Assembly: GCA_038064435.1 (NCBI GenBank)
Contig: JBBTTC010000017.1
Span: forward strand, 1 to 58,020
Direction of reading: 5' to 3'
Source of the DNA: Patescibacteria group bacterium
Lineage (GTDB): Bacteria > Patescibacteriota > Minisyncoccia > Phycocordibacterales > JACOZG01
Length of the DNA: 58,020 nt
Below, piece by piece: positions 1 to 8,912 of this stretch. Numbering within the stretch: position 1 is the first letter of the stretch; every line of letters begins with the position of its first letter. The position numbers and the translations under genes are program-made. The notes beneath the pieces are model-generated. The model saw only the letters and a list, made by a program, of their open reading frames with translations. It ran no database searches and was not told the origin of the DNA.

Positions 1-358
1 GTAGTTTGTTTGGGGCGAATCCCTCCTAAAAAGTAACGGAGGGGCCTATTAAGGTCGGCTAGGCGCGAATGGAAACCGTGCCGATAGTGTAATGGCACAA
101 GCCGGCTTAACTGCAAGACGTACAGGTCGAGCAGGCGCGAAAGCGGAGCATAGTGATCCGACCATACGCATTAGATGCGGTGGGAGCTCAACGGATAAAA
201 GCTACTCTGGGGATAACAGGCTAGTTCCGCCCAAGCGTCCCTAGCGACGGCGGAGTTCGGCACCTCGATGTCGGCTCAACATATCCTGGAGGTGGAGAAG
301 CTTCCAAGGGTTTGGCTGTTCGCCAATTAAAATGTTACGTGAGCTGGGTTCAAACCGT

Positions 359-633
359 TCAGGAGTTAATTGTGGATTTTTTGACTTTTGAACCGTTTGA
401 GCCCCGAGGTTATAAACGACATATCACGGCGGCCATCGGGAGTGATTCCGATGTGCGCAACCAACTTATATCGGTGGAATCCGCATTGATGTGGACAATA
501 CCGAGGGAAATTTTTGGGGTTAAAATAATGTTAGACAAACCCCAATTTAGTGCCCGTAGAGACTGAACGTTGGTGTTCTCATTAATGAGAATAAGTTACA
601 GTCCAATCCACTTAGTAATAAGTGACGTAGATG
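359..633 (+). mobile_element. Group I intron, ORF-less, 275 nt, at 23S position 2593 (E. coli numbering)
   Basis: 5' exon ends in U358 and the intron ends in G633. P7 strands GAGACT (559-564) and AGTCC (600-604). Removal restores the conserved rRNA sequence. Confidence 0.93.
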
Positions 634-696
634 CGTGAGACAGGTTGGTCTCCTATCTACTGCAGGCGTTGATACTTGAGGGGAGTTGTTTTTAGT

Positions 697-1487
697 AAAA
701 TTTTGCTACTTCGTGGAGTAATCCACGATGACAATTCGGCTAATAACGGTGAAATCTCGATTGGTTTTGGTCTGTTGATAAGTTCGTTTGTTTTAGTCCA
801 ACAAACGTTCTACAATTTACTTGAGGACCAAGATGTCTCGAGACAATACCGTGGGAAGTCGATCTGAGATTGACATGGCTTACATCGCCGGTTTTCTTGA
901 TGGCGATGGTAGTCTCATGCTTCAACTAAAAAGACGTAAAGATGTTAAGTCCCGTACGAGGTTCATGGCGACCGTCTGTTTTTACCAAGACAGTCGACAC
1001 GCCGAACCATTGATCTGGATTAGAAAAATCTTGGGCATCGGTTATATTTTTAACCGCAATGATGGTATGACGGAATTGCGCATTAATGGTTATGAAACCA
1101 TTGCTGTAATCTTACGAAAATTGCTTCCATACATTAAATTCAAAAAAGCTCAAGCCCGAGCTCTTTTGAAAGCCGTCGATATTCTAAGAAAAACACCAAA
1201 ACGTCTCTTGGTTCAAAGCATGCTCTCTGCGGTTGTTGATTCAATAATAAAAATTCAGAGTCACAACTATGCTACCAAAGGGAAAAGAAGCAGAAGGGAA
1301 TTGTTGTCAGTCTTGGGTTTGACCCCGTAACGACTTGTGGCCACCATGATTGGTGGCACAGACTTCGATAAGATCGGAAAGTTCTCTGTTGAGGACAGGA
1401 TTATCGTGGTAATACGCCGATACCCTATCCGCCGTAGGCGGAGGGTAAAGATATAGTCTGCACTCCTGGTGACAGGGGAAGCATGTG
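697..1487 (+). mobile_element. Group I intron, 791 nt, with homing endonuclease, inserted between U2656 and A2657 of the sarcin-ricin loop
   Basis: 5' exon ends in U696 and the intron ends in G1487. P1 TAGT/GCTA with a U.G pair; P2 hairpin TCGTGGA-GTAA-TCCACGA (711-728); P7 ACGACT (1330-1335) / AGTCT (1455-1459) within AAGATATAGTCT. Confidence 0.93.
833..1330 (+). CDS. Single-motif LAGLIDADG homing endonuclease
   Basis: YIAGFLDGDGS motif, downstream VCFYQ, ~165 aa (homodimeric type). ATG 833 is preceded by GAGG. Confidence 0.93.
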   Translation: MSRDNTVGSRSEIDMAYIAGFLDGDGSLMLQLKRRKDVKSRTRFMATVCFYQDSRHAEPLIWIRKILGIGYIFNRNDGMTELRINGYETIAVILRKLLPYIKFKKAQARALLKAVDILRKTPKRLLVQSMLSAVVDSIIKIQSHNYATKGKRSRRELLSVLGLTP

Positions 1488-1783
1488 ACGAGAGGACCGA
1501 AACGAACTGACCTCTGGTCTGAGAGCTGTCGCGCCCGCGGCATCGCTCTGTAGCTATGTCGGGACTGGATAACCTCTGAAAGCATCTAAGAGGGAAGCCA
1601 ACCCCAAGATTAGGTATCGTCCGCCGCAAGGCGGAGCGGCCCCTGGGAGATGACCAGGTTGATAGGCTTTAGGTGTAAGTCCGGTAACGGATTCAGCCGA
1701 GAAGTACTAATCCGCCGTCCTCCTATTAGGAAACCCCAAAATCATTCCGTTAGTTTAATTTTTTTAACATCGAGTCTTTAAAC

Positions 1784-1887
1784 TCGGTGGCTTGTCGTCG
1801 GGGCCACACCTGTTCCCATTTCGAACACAGCAGTTAAGCCCGATAGAAGCGATGGTACTCGCAAGGGGAGAGTAGCTAGCCGCCGGA
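1784..1887 (+). rRNA. rrf: 5S rRNA (short, ~104 nt)
   Basis: CACCTGTTCCCATTTCGAACACAGCAGTTAAGC, CGATGGTA and GAGAGTAG motifs; terminal helix TCGGTGGC/GCCGCCGG. Confidence 0.92.
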
Positions 1888-1922
1888 TTTAAGGATTTGA
1901 TCGAATGTGCTATAGTGCGGGC

Positions 1923-3014
1923 ATGAAAAGAATTATTTTAGCTTTAGTTTTTTCTTTGTTTTTGGCCGCGCCGGTGGCCGCGCAAGAGGCGTCAACGCTT
2001 CCGCCACCGCCTAGTCTTGATCAGCAAATTGCCAGTGTGCGTGCGCAAATTGCGCAATTAACAGCGCAACTGAATCAGCTACTGGCCCAGAAGCGCGGGA
2101 ATTTTTGTTACAATTTTAGATATAATTTGCGTTATAACGACGGCCACCCCGATTGGTTAAAGTTAAACGAGATTTTAGGTTACGAAAATGTTTCTACCGT
2201 TCAGGAATTGCAAGAGAAGTATGCCAATGAGATTTTGCGCCCGGCGGGCTTAGCCCGCGGCACGGGCTTTGTTGGCCCGGCTACGCGCGCTAAGCTCAAT
2301 GCTCTCTACCGCTGCCGTCCGCTACCGGGCAATCAGTCGCCAGTTATAAATTCCGTTACCGGTCCGACCACGCTCCGAGTGGGTGAGATGGGCACTTGGA
2401 ACATTGTAGCTCATGATCCCGAACAGGGGCCGCTAACTTACTCGATCTTGTGGGGTGACGGTCCAGCGTCGCCCTCGCCGGCGAATATACCATTCTTGCC
2501 CAACGCGGCGCTCGAGAATCGCCAAGTTTCCACTCTTAGTCACACCTACATCTCGCTCGGCATTTTCACTGTTCGTATCTCCGTCAGCGATAATGCCGGT
2601 AATACCACCCCCAGCACACTAACTGTTACCGTAATTGACGCCAACCAGCCCCGCATCACCGTGCTCTCGCCTAATGGTGGCGAGGCGTGGCTCACTAATA
2701 CAGTACAACCACTCACTTGGCGAGCTGAAAATGTGCCTAGCGATTCCAAGATTAATCTATCTTTAATCACGCACCGACCATGTTACGGGCCGATTTGTCC
2801 AATGATTAATTCTGGTCCCCCAATACTTCTAGACAAAGATATTCCTGTCCAGTCTAACTACAACTGGATAGTAGCAACCGATATTGCAAATAATTACATA
2901 CAGCCGGGTAATTATTATCTATCTGTTTGTTTGGCAGGTTCGACTGTCTCGGTTTGTGATCATAACGATCAAGCATTCAGTATTGTTGGCCCGGCAAACG
3001 CTATTGCCAATTAA
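1923..3014 (+). CDS. Secreted/surface protein: signal peptide, coiled coil, peptidoglycan-binding-like segment, PKD/Ig-like domains
   Basis: Signal ending ...VAAQE; TGFVGPATRAKLN; PKD-like YSILWGDG...HTY...G.FTV; ITVLSPNGGEAW Ig-like start. Confidence 0.7.
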   Translation: MKRIILALVFSLFLAAPVAAQEASTLPPPPSLDQQIASVRAQIAQLTAQLNQLLAQKRGNFCYNFRYNLRYNDGHPDWLKLNEILGYENVSTVQELQEKYANEILRPAGLARGTGFVGPATRAKLNALYRCRPLPGNQSPVINSVTGPTTLRVGEMGTWNIVAHDPEQGPLTYSILWGDGPASPSPANIPFLPNAALENRQVSTLSHTYISLGIFTVRISVSDNAGNTTPSTLTVTVIDANQPRITVLSPNGGEAWLTNTVQPLTWRAENVPSDSKINLSLITHRPCYGPICPMINSGPPILLDKDIPVQSNYNWIVATDIANNYIQPGNYYLSVCLAGSTVSVCDHNDQAFSIVGPANAIAN

Positions 3015-3016
3015 TC

Positions 3017-3787
3017 ATGGCCTCGTGGGGAGCGAAAAGGCAGATTGAGTACTTCTTTATGCTGGTTTTGGTGCTGGCCGCCGTCGGCTCCGCCGCCTTC
3101 TTTTACTACCGCCCCGCACCCAGTTGTTTTGACGGCAAGCAAAATCAAAACGAAACGGGCATTGATTGTGGCGGCGCCTGCCAAGCCGTGTGCCGGGACG
3201 AAATTTTGGCCCTCAAACCACTCTGGACCCGGGTACTCAAGCTCGGCGATTCGTTCTACGACTCGGTGACTCTAGTAGAAAATCCCAATCTCAATTTGGG
3301 TATAAAAAAATTATCGTACGTCATAAAATTTCTCGACAGTGACAATCGTTTAATCACCGAACGGTCCGGAGAAACTTTTGTTAACCCCAACGAGTCGTTT
3401 GCTATTTTTGAGAGTCAGATCGAAGTGGGTGAGCGCGTGCCGGCGCGGGCCTTTTTTGAACTCGGGGCCGAGCGACCATTGTGGCAGAGAGTCAGCATTG
3501 CTGATCGGCCGGACTTGGATGTGGAAGAAGGCATTTTTGTTAATCAACCTACGCCTAGTCTGCGGGCTAGGATCATCAATCGTTCCACTCGACCAGTTGT
3601 TGACGTTGACGTGGCGGCTATTTTGCAAGACGCGGAGAAAAACACCATCGGTGCCAGCGCCACGCGCGTTGACGCCCTGCCGCCCGGCGAGAGTCGCGAG
3701 CTGGTTTTTACTTGGCCTACGCCGTTTGATCCGCCGCCGGTTTTTCATCAGTTCTACCCGCATTTCAACTTTACCGATCTCCACTAG
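3017..3787 (+). CDS. Membrane-anchored hypothetical protein with Cys-rich CFDGKQNQNETGIDCGGAC motif
   Basis: N-terminal TM helix, Cys-rich motif, beta-rich C-terminal region. Confidence 0.7.
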   Translation: MASWGAKRQIEYFFMLVLVLAAVGSAAFFYYRPAPSCFDGKQNQNETGIDCGGACQAVCRDEILALKPLWTRVLKLGDSFYDSVTLVENPNLNLGIKKLSYVIKFLDSDNRLITERSGETFVNPNESFAIFESQIEVGERVPARAFFELGAERPLWQRVSIADRPDLDVEEGIFVNQPTPSLRARIINRSTRPVVDVDVAAILQDAEKNTIGASATRVDALPPGESRELVFTWPTPFDPPPVFHQFYPHFNFTDLH

Positions 3788-3790
3788 ATC

Positions 3791-4912
3791 ATGCTTGCCG
3801 CGCGCTTCAAGCACGTTGACTGGGTGCTCTTAATTGCCATCCTGCCGCTCGTTGGCGCTGGCCTAATTACCATGAACTCTTTTACCGCCGAGAGTTATTT
3901 TTTTGGTCGACAATTAGCTTGGGTAGCGGTATCGCTCGTTGTTTTTTTTCTTCTGAGTTTGCTTGATTTACGTTTTTTGCGTCGCAGTGGCGTGGTGGTG
4001 GCAATTTATGCTTGTTTAGCGGCCCTGCTTCTGGCTTTGCTTTTCATCGCGTCTCCGGTTAAGGGGGCGCGTAGTTGGTTTAATTTTGGACCGATTTCCT
4101 TCCAACCCGCTGACTTTATGAAGTTGGCCCTGATTCTAATTTTGGCTAAGTATTTTTCCCGTCGGCACATCGCTATTGCCCACTTCCGACACATTTTTGT
4201 CTCCGGACTCTATGCACTTTTGCCTTTCGCGCTGGTTTTTGTCCAACCCGATTTTGGTTCAGCGGTGATCATTTTCGTTATTTGGTTGGGTATGATTATC
4301 GTGGCCGGGGTGTCGCGTCGGCATTTGGCTTTGGTGTTGATGGTGGTTACGCTAGCTCTGTCTTTTGCTTGGTTCCGCGTACTTGATGATTATCAAAAGA
4401 TCCGTTTGGCTTCGTTTGTTAATCCCTTAGCCGATGTGCGCGGCGCTGGTTACAATGCGCGGCAGTCCACCATTGCTGTTGGTTCCGGCCAAGTGTTGGG
4501 CAAGGGCGTGGGTCATGGCACACAGTCACGCTTGCGCTTTTTGCCCGAGTACGAAACTGACTTTATCTTTGCCGCTTTTGCCGAAGAATGGGGATTTGTG
4601 GGTGTGATTATTTTGCTGGCGCTCTTTAATGTGGTGATCTGGCGCACGCTCGAGGCCGCCAAGCTGGCGGCCTCCAACTTTGAAGCTCTTTATGCTGTTG
4701 GCCTAGCCATTTTGTTCTTGTCACATTTGGTGATCAATGTGGGCATGAACATTGGCCTCTTGCCGGTTACCGGCTTACCATTACCTTTTGTTAGCTATGG
4801 CGGCTCGCATCTCTTGGCCGCTTTCATCGGCCTCGGACTCTTGATGGGCATGCGTCGCTACTCCCGCGCCTATCACCAAGACGACCTCAAAAAAGAATTT
4901 CTGGGGGTGTGA
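3791..4912 (+). CDS. rodA: SEDS family peptidoglycan polymerase RodA
   Basis: GARSW, FQPADFMK, QPDFGS, PEYETDFIF, TGLPLPFVSYGGS motifs; multiple TM helices. Confidence 0.88.
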   Translation: MLAARFKHVDWVLLIAILPLVGAGLITMNSFTAESYFFGRQLAWVAVSLVVFFLLSLLDLRFLRRSGVVVAIYACLAALLLALLFIASPVKGARSWFNFGPISFQPADFMKLALILILAKYFSRRHIAIAHFRHIFVSGLYALLPFALVFVQPDFGSAVIIFVIWLGMIIVAGVSRRHLALVLMVVTLALSFAWFRVLDDYQKIRLASFVNPLADVRGAGYNARQSTIAVGSGQVLGKGVGHGTQSRLRFLPEYETDFIFAAFAEEWGFVGVIILLALFNVVIWRTLEAAKLAASNFEALYAVGLAILFLSHLVINVGMNIGLLPVTGLPLPFVSYGGSHLLAAFIGLGLLMGMRRYSRAYHQDDLKKEFLGV

Positions 4913-4913
4913 T

Positions 4914-5453
4914 TTAACAATCTCCAGCACCTTGGCCAAAGGTGCACGCCAAATTCCAGGATTCCGCGACGTCGGATGAGGTGATCGATATAGTGTCTCC
5001 ACCCGCAAAAAATGGAATAGCGTCTTGCATTGTGGCCGGGGCACTATTGATGTCCTCGATGTATAAGTAGGCCACTTTATACTCGGTTCTTTTCGGGTTA
5101 ACCTTATACCAATAAGATCCCATTGTGTCGGATGGTCTGGTTGGCATGTATGGCGCTAGTTCAGAGAGACTAGCGGGATCATCCCAAGGATTAGCCCCAC
5201 AGTTCCAGCAATTTGTTCGACCTGTTTCCCAGCCTGGGTCAATGGGTAGGACATAGTCAGGATATTGACCAGTTGAACTGTTGTTGCGGTAAAGTTCAAG
5301 GGCATTTCGCACTTGGATCAATGCTTGCACTCGTTTACTATCTCTCGCTTTCGCTCGGGCTTGACTAACCGAAGCAAAAATAATACTTGACAACAAGCTA
5401 ATGATCGCAATAACGACGAGTAGTTCTATTAAAGTGAAGCCGCGTTTGGTCAT
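4914..5453 (-). CDS. Type IV pilin-like protein
   Basis: MTKRG|FTLIELLVVIAII prepilin motif with E5; ARAKARDSKR helix; ATG overlaps the upstream TGA. Confidence 0.9.
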   Translation of the reverse strand: MTKRGFTLIELLVVIAIISLLSSIIFASVSQARAKARDSKRVQALIQVRNALELYRNNSSTGQYPDYVLPIDPGWETGRTNCWNCGANPWDDPASLSELAPYMPTRPSDTMGSYWYKVNPKRTEYKVAYLYIEDINSAPATMQDAIPFFAGGDTISITSSDVAESWNLACTFGQGAGDC

Positions 5454-6088
5454 GGATTGCAATCAGTAGTTAAGAAGCTACAACTAACCTTCCAGTTTTT
5501 TGATCGGTCTGAGGAATAGAAAGAGAGTGTCTTTGTTTGAAGTTCAGTAACCGTGGGTATAAATGTTGTATCTATCATTTGTTGTGGTGCAGAGGCGATG
5601 TTTTCAATGGTTCCCAAAATGACTAGTTTGTAGTCGGTGCCGTTCTGATCTACTTTGTACCAATAGCCCCTATATGAATCCGCGGTACCGGGTTGATTGT
5701 CTATAAAACCGCCGGGTGGAGTTAGCGGGTCAGATGGGCGTTGGGGTAGATAAGGGCTGATGCCAGTGTTAAACGGCCCGCCTGTGCCTAGTTTTGTTGG
5801 ATCGTATCCCCAACTCGCATTTTGTCCCGATGGAGCACAATCCCAACAGCCAGATCCGGAAAAGTGAACAACGTCAATCGGATAATATGGGGGTGGATAC
5901 CGCCCGTGATCTGATTTGTACAACTCCAAAGCATTTCTCACTTGAACGATGTCTTGTAAACGTTTAGAATCACGCGCTCGACTCCGCGCTTGACTAACAC
6001 CAGCAAACACAATACTCGACAGTAAGCTGATAATGGCAATGACCACCAAGAGTTCGATGATAGTAAAGCCGGAGCGGGGAGAAGTCAT
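5450..6088 (-). CDS. Type IV pilin-like protein
   Basis: RSG|FTIIELLVVIAII prepilin motif; paralog of the adjacent pilin (shared CW.C, P.RPSD, YWYKV motifs). Confidence 0.9.
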   Translation of the reverse strand: MTSPRSGFTIIELLVVIAIISLLSSIVFAGVSQARSRARDSKRLQDIVQVRNALELYKSDHGRYPPPYYPIDVVHFSGSGCWDCAPSGQNASWGYDPTKLGTGGPFNTGISPYLPQRPSDPLTPPGGFIDNQPGTADSYRGYWYKVDQNGTDYKLVILGTIENIASAPQQMIDTTFIPTVTELQTKTLSFYSSDRSKNWKVSCSFLTTDCNP

Positions 6089-6100
6089 GGTGTCGGCCAA

Positions 6101-7246
6101 TTATACCAGATTATAAAGGTTAATGGTTTCGGCCAGCATACGGCTTGTGGAAAAGTCTTTTTCCACCTTGCTTTTTAGTGTTTGTCCCATTTGCTCGGCC
6201 TCGTTGGGGTGATCGAGGAGAAAAGTGATGGCTCGGGCAATTTCGTCCGGTCGCTTTGGTTTAACAAGCAGGCCAGTTTTCATTGGCTCAATTATATCAC
6301 GGAGTCCACCCACCGCCGTGGCCACCACCGGCCGGCCGGCCAGGCCGGCTTCCAGCACGACGTAGGGCAGCCCCTCTTTAATTGACGTGAGCAAAAAGAG
6401 ATCAAAAGCCAAAAGTAATTCGGCCGCGCCGGCCTGTTGGCCGAGTAGGAAGATTTTTTTCCCCAACCCGAGCCGCTCGATTAGGTTGGATAATGTCGAC
6501 CGCTCTTCGCCCTCGCCGACAATGACTAACGCCAAATTTTTGTTGCCCAATTGCTTGATAGTTTGGATGGCATAAGCGAGACCCTTGTTGCGATGAAGTT
6601 CGGCAATCATACCCAGCCAAGCCGCGTTGGGCTCGAGTTCTCGTAAGGTCGGCACTAGTGACATTATTTTTTCTCGCGCCACGGTGGCTGGCAAATAGTC
6701 GGGCGCCGTTAGGCCATGGCGAATCAATTTAATTTTCCCCGGCCGGATGAGGAATCGTGGCGCTGCCAAGCGTTCGCTCTCGGCAATAACTATTGTTTGG
6801 TGGGCTAGTAGCACGGTGAGCCAAGAGAAAAAACGAATCAGCGTTCGGGCCAGTGGTCCGCGCGCTTCGTTGAAGGTCCAGCCATGGGCGGTATAGATAA
6901 TGCGGGGTACTCCCGTTAGACGACCAGCCAATGCTCCGAGGCCAGATGCTTTTGGGCTATTGAGATGTAAGACAGCCGGTCGCCGCGTGCGAAATAATTT
7001 AATGAGCCGAAAGAAAGTTATTATTTCAGCCAAAAAATTAATGTCCCGGTTTAACGAATCGAGACGCAAAGTTTCCATCCCCGCGCTGGTTAGTTTGGCC
7101 GGTAATTCTTCGCCGCGCCCATGCACCACCAGCGGCCGCCAGCGATTGGTTGGCAAATTGGTGGCTAGGTCGTAAACATAGCGCTGGGCGCCACCCCAGT
7201 TGCCTTTGGTGATGAGGTAAATTATGCTGACCGATTTATTAGACAT
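6101..7246 (-). CDS. GT4 (GT-B fold) glycosyltransferase
   Basis: ITKGNWGGAQRYV N-terminus; KEGLPYVVLEA (EX7E) motif. Confidence 0.9.
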   Translation of the reverse strand: MSNKSVSIIYLITKGNWGGAQRYVYDLATNLPTNRWRPLVVHGRGEELPAKLTSAGMETLRLDSLNRDINFLAEIITFFRLIKLFRTRRPAVLHLNSPKASGLGALAGRLTGVPRIIYTAHGWTFNEARGPLARTLIRFFSWLTVLLAHQTIVIAESERLAAPRFLIRPGKIKLIRHGLTAPDYLPATVAREKIMSLVPTLRELEPNAAWLGMIAELHRNKGLAYAIQTIKQLGNKNLALVIVGEGEERSTLSNLIERLGLGKKIFLLGQQAGAAELLLAFDLFLLTSIKEGLPYVVLEAGLAGRPVVATAVGGLRDIIEPMKTGLLVKPKRPDEIARAITFLLDHPNEAEQMGQTLKSKVEKDFSTSRMLAETINLYNLV

Positions 7247-7280
7247 TCGGGAATTTTCATTGTAACATAGCGCTTGATTC

Positions 7281-8558
7281 ATGACCTTGCAAGCCCGCGG
7301 TGAGTCCATCTTATTGCTAATCGGTGACGCCCTCTTTTTGGTCCTAGGCCTCTGGCTGACCTTGTTGGTGCGTTATTTTGACTTCCCGGATCGGGCGGTT
7401 TTGCTTAGCCATCTCGAGCCATTCGTTTGGATCTTCGTTGCTTGGTTGGTAATTTTTTTCATTTCCGATTTGTACGGTAAGCAAAACACCATTTGGCGCC
7501 GACGGCTGGTGGGCGTGATCATCCGAGCGCAAATCGCCAATTTGCTGGTGGCTGTTGTTTTCTTTTACTTTATTCCGGGTTTTCGCGTGGCGCCGCGCGT
7601 TAACCTGTTCATCTATTTCTTGATCGCTACTGGCCTGTTGGTGTGGTGGCGTTTGGGTTTGTCGCATTTAGTTTTGCGGGGTCGGCGAGAGCGTCTGGCC
7701 TTTTTGGGCACGGAGCCGGAATTACTGTCGGTTAAGCGGGAACTGACTGACAATCTGCGCTATCGCCTCGACATTGTTGAGGTCGCTGACCTAGCCGAGG
7801 CGCGCCGGCTCAAGCCCGGCGCGATTGTGGTTAACATTTATGGCCGCGAGGTGCCGGTGTGGCTGGCCGACTTTTATCGCTTACTTTTTGCCGGTGTGCG
7901 CTTTTTGCCTCTGCATCGGCTGTACGAAGATATCTTTGGCCAAATTCCGGTATCAGTGATCAGCGAGCGTTGGTTCCTCGAAAATATTTCCAACCGCCGC
8001 CGCGTGGCCTACGACTCCCTCAAGCGCTTGATGGACATTGTTTTGGCCACATTGTTGTTTGTAATTACCCTGCCGCTTTATCCGGTTATCTGGCTGGCGA
8101 TCAAGCTGGATGATGGCGGGCCATTATTTTTTTCGCAAGAGCGAGTGGGGCGTCATCAGCAAGTTTTTACTATCCACAAATTTCGTTCCATGCGCGGCGG
8201 CGAGGTGACGCGTGTGGGTCGTTTTATTCGCCGCACACGGCTTGATGAATTGCCGCAACTGCGGAGCGTGATTACCGGCCGTCAGTCCTTGGTGGGCCCA
8301 CGGCCGGAGCGGCCGGATTACGCGGCGATTTATCGCGAAAAAATCCCGTATTACGATGCGCGGCATCTCATCGCGCCCGGCCTCTCGGGTTGGGCGCAGA
8401 TTTACCATCAGGCGCACCCGCACTTTCGGCCAATGGTTGATGATACGCGTGATAAGTTGTCGTACGATTTGTATTATGTCAAGAATCGCGGCATGTGGCT
8501 CGATCTGGAAATTGCCCTCAAAACCATTAAAACCATATTGTCTCGCACTGGGCTCTAG
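7281..8558 (+). CDS. Polyprenyl-phosphate glycosylphosphotransferase (WcaJ/WbaP-like sugar transferase)
   Basis: N-terminal TMs; KRLMDI, KFRSM, RLDELPQL, LVGPRPE, PGLSGWAQI, YDLYYVKN motifs. Confidence 0.92.
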   Translation: MTLQARGESILLLIGDALFLVLGLWLTLLVRYFDFPDRAVLLSHLEPFVWIFVAWLVIFFISDLYGKQNTIWRRRLVGVIIRAQIANLLVAVVFFYFIPGFRVAPRVNLFIYFLIATGLLVWWRLGLSHLVLRGRRERLAFLGTEPELLSVKRELTDNLRYRLDIVEVADLAEARRLKPGAIVVNIYGREVPVWLADFYRLLFAGVRFLPLHRLYEDIFGQIPVSVISERWFLENISNRRRVAYDSLKRLMDIVLATLLFVITLPLYPVIWLAIKLDDGGPLFFSQERVGRHQQVFTIHKFRSMRGGEVTRVGRFIRRTRLDELPQLRSVITGRQSLVGPRPERPDYAAIYREKIPYYDARHLIAPGLSGWAQIYHQAHPHFRPMVDDTRDKLSYDLYYVKNRGMWLDLEIALKTIKTILSRTGL

Positions 8559-8561
8559 TAG

Positions 8562-8589
8562 TTGACGGAAAAATTTTGATTCATATAAT
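8562..8589 (+). promoter_or_regulatory. Sigma70-type promoter of groES-groEL
   Basis: TTGACG-16 nt-TATAAT, followed by AGGAG and ATG 8598. Confidence 0.7.
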
Positions 8590-8597
8590 CAGGAGTT

Positions 8598-8909
8598 ATG
8601 ACAAAGAAAATTGATATCAAGCCCTTGGGCGACCGGGTTTTGGTGCAACCACTCGACGATAATGATCGTCAGGGCAAGACCAAAAGCGGCATTATTATTC
8701 CCGACACCGTGGATCGCGAAAAGTCGGAACGCGGGCTGGTGGTGGCGGTGGGTGAGGGCCGCCGGTCCGACGACGGCAAGATCATTCCGCTCGCGGTCAA
8801 AAAGGGTCAGACGGTGATTTTTTCCAAATACGGTCGAGATGAAGTTAAGCTGGGCGAGGAGGAATATTTTATTGTTAGCGAGGCCAACATTTTGGCGATC
8901 TTAAATTAA
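8598..8909 (+). CDS. groES: Co-chaperonin GroES
   Basis: IKPLGDRVLV, TKSGIIIPD, VVAVGEG motifs. Confidence 0.97.
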   Translation: MTKKIDIKPLGDRVLVQPLDDNDRQGKTKSGIIIPDTVDREKSERGLVVAVGEGRRSDDGKIIPLAVKKGQTVIFSKYGRDEVKLGEEEYFIVSEANILAILN

Positions 8910-8912
8910 ATT

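Larger units (their letters stand above)
1..1730 (+). rRNA. rrl: 23S rRNA, 3' portion (exons 1-358, 634-696, 1488-~1730); 5' end lies outside the window, 3' end approximate
   Basis: Conserved domain V/VI motifs: P-loop TTTGGGGCG, GGGATAACAGGCT, CACCTCGATGTCGGCTC, GAGCTGGGTT. Joining the exons restores CCGT|CGTGAGACAG and TAGT|ACGAGAGGACC (sarcin-ricin loop). Confidence 0.97.

Noticed and set aside
312-566. 84-aa ORF suggesting intron L2593 encodes a protein
   Set aside because: It starts in the rRNA exon, has no nuclease motif and runs through ribozyme core; spurious.
1356-1363. CACAGACT as the P7 strand of the second intron
   Set aside because: The partner AGTCT requires A-C(bulge)-GACT, which matches 1330-1335 instead.
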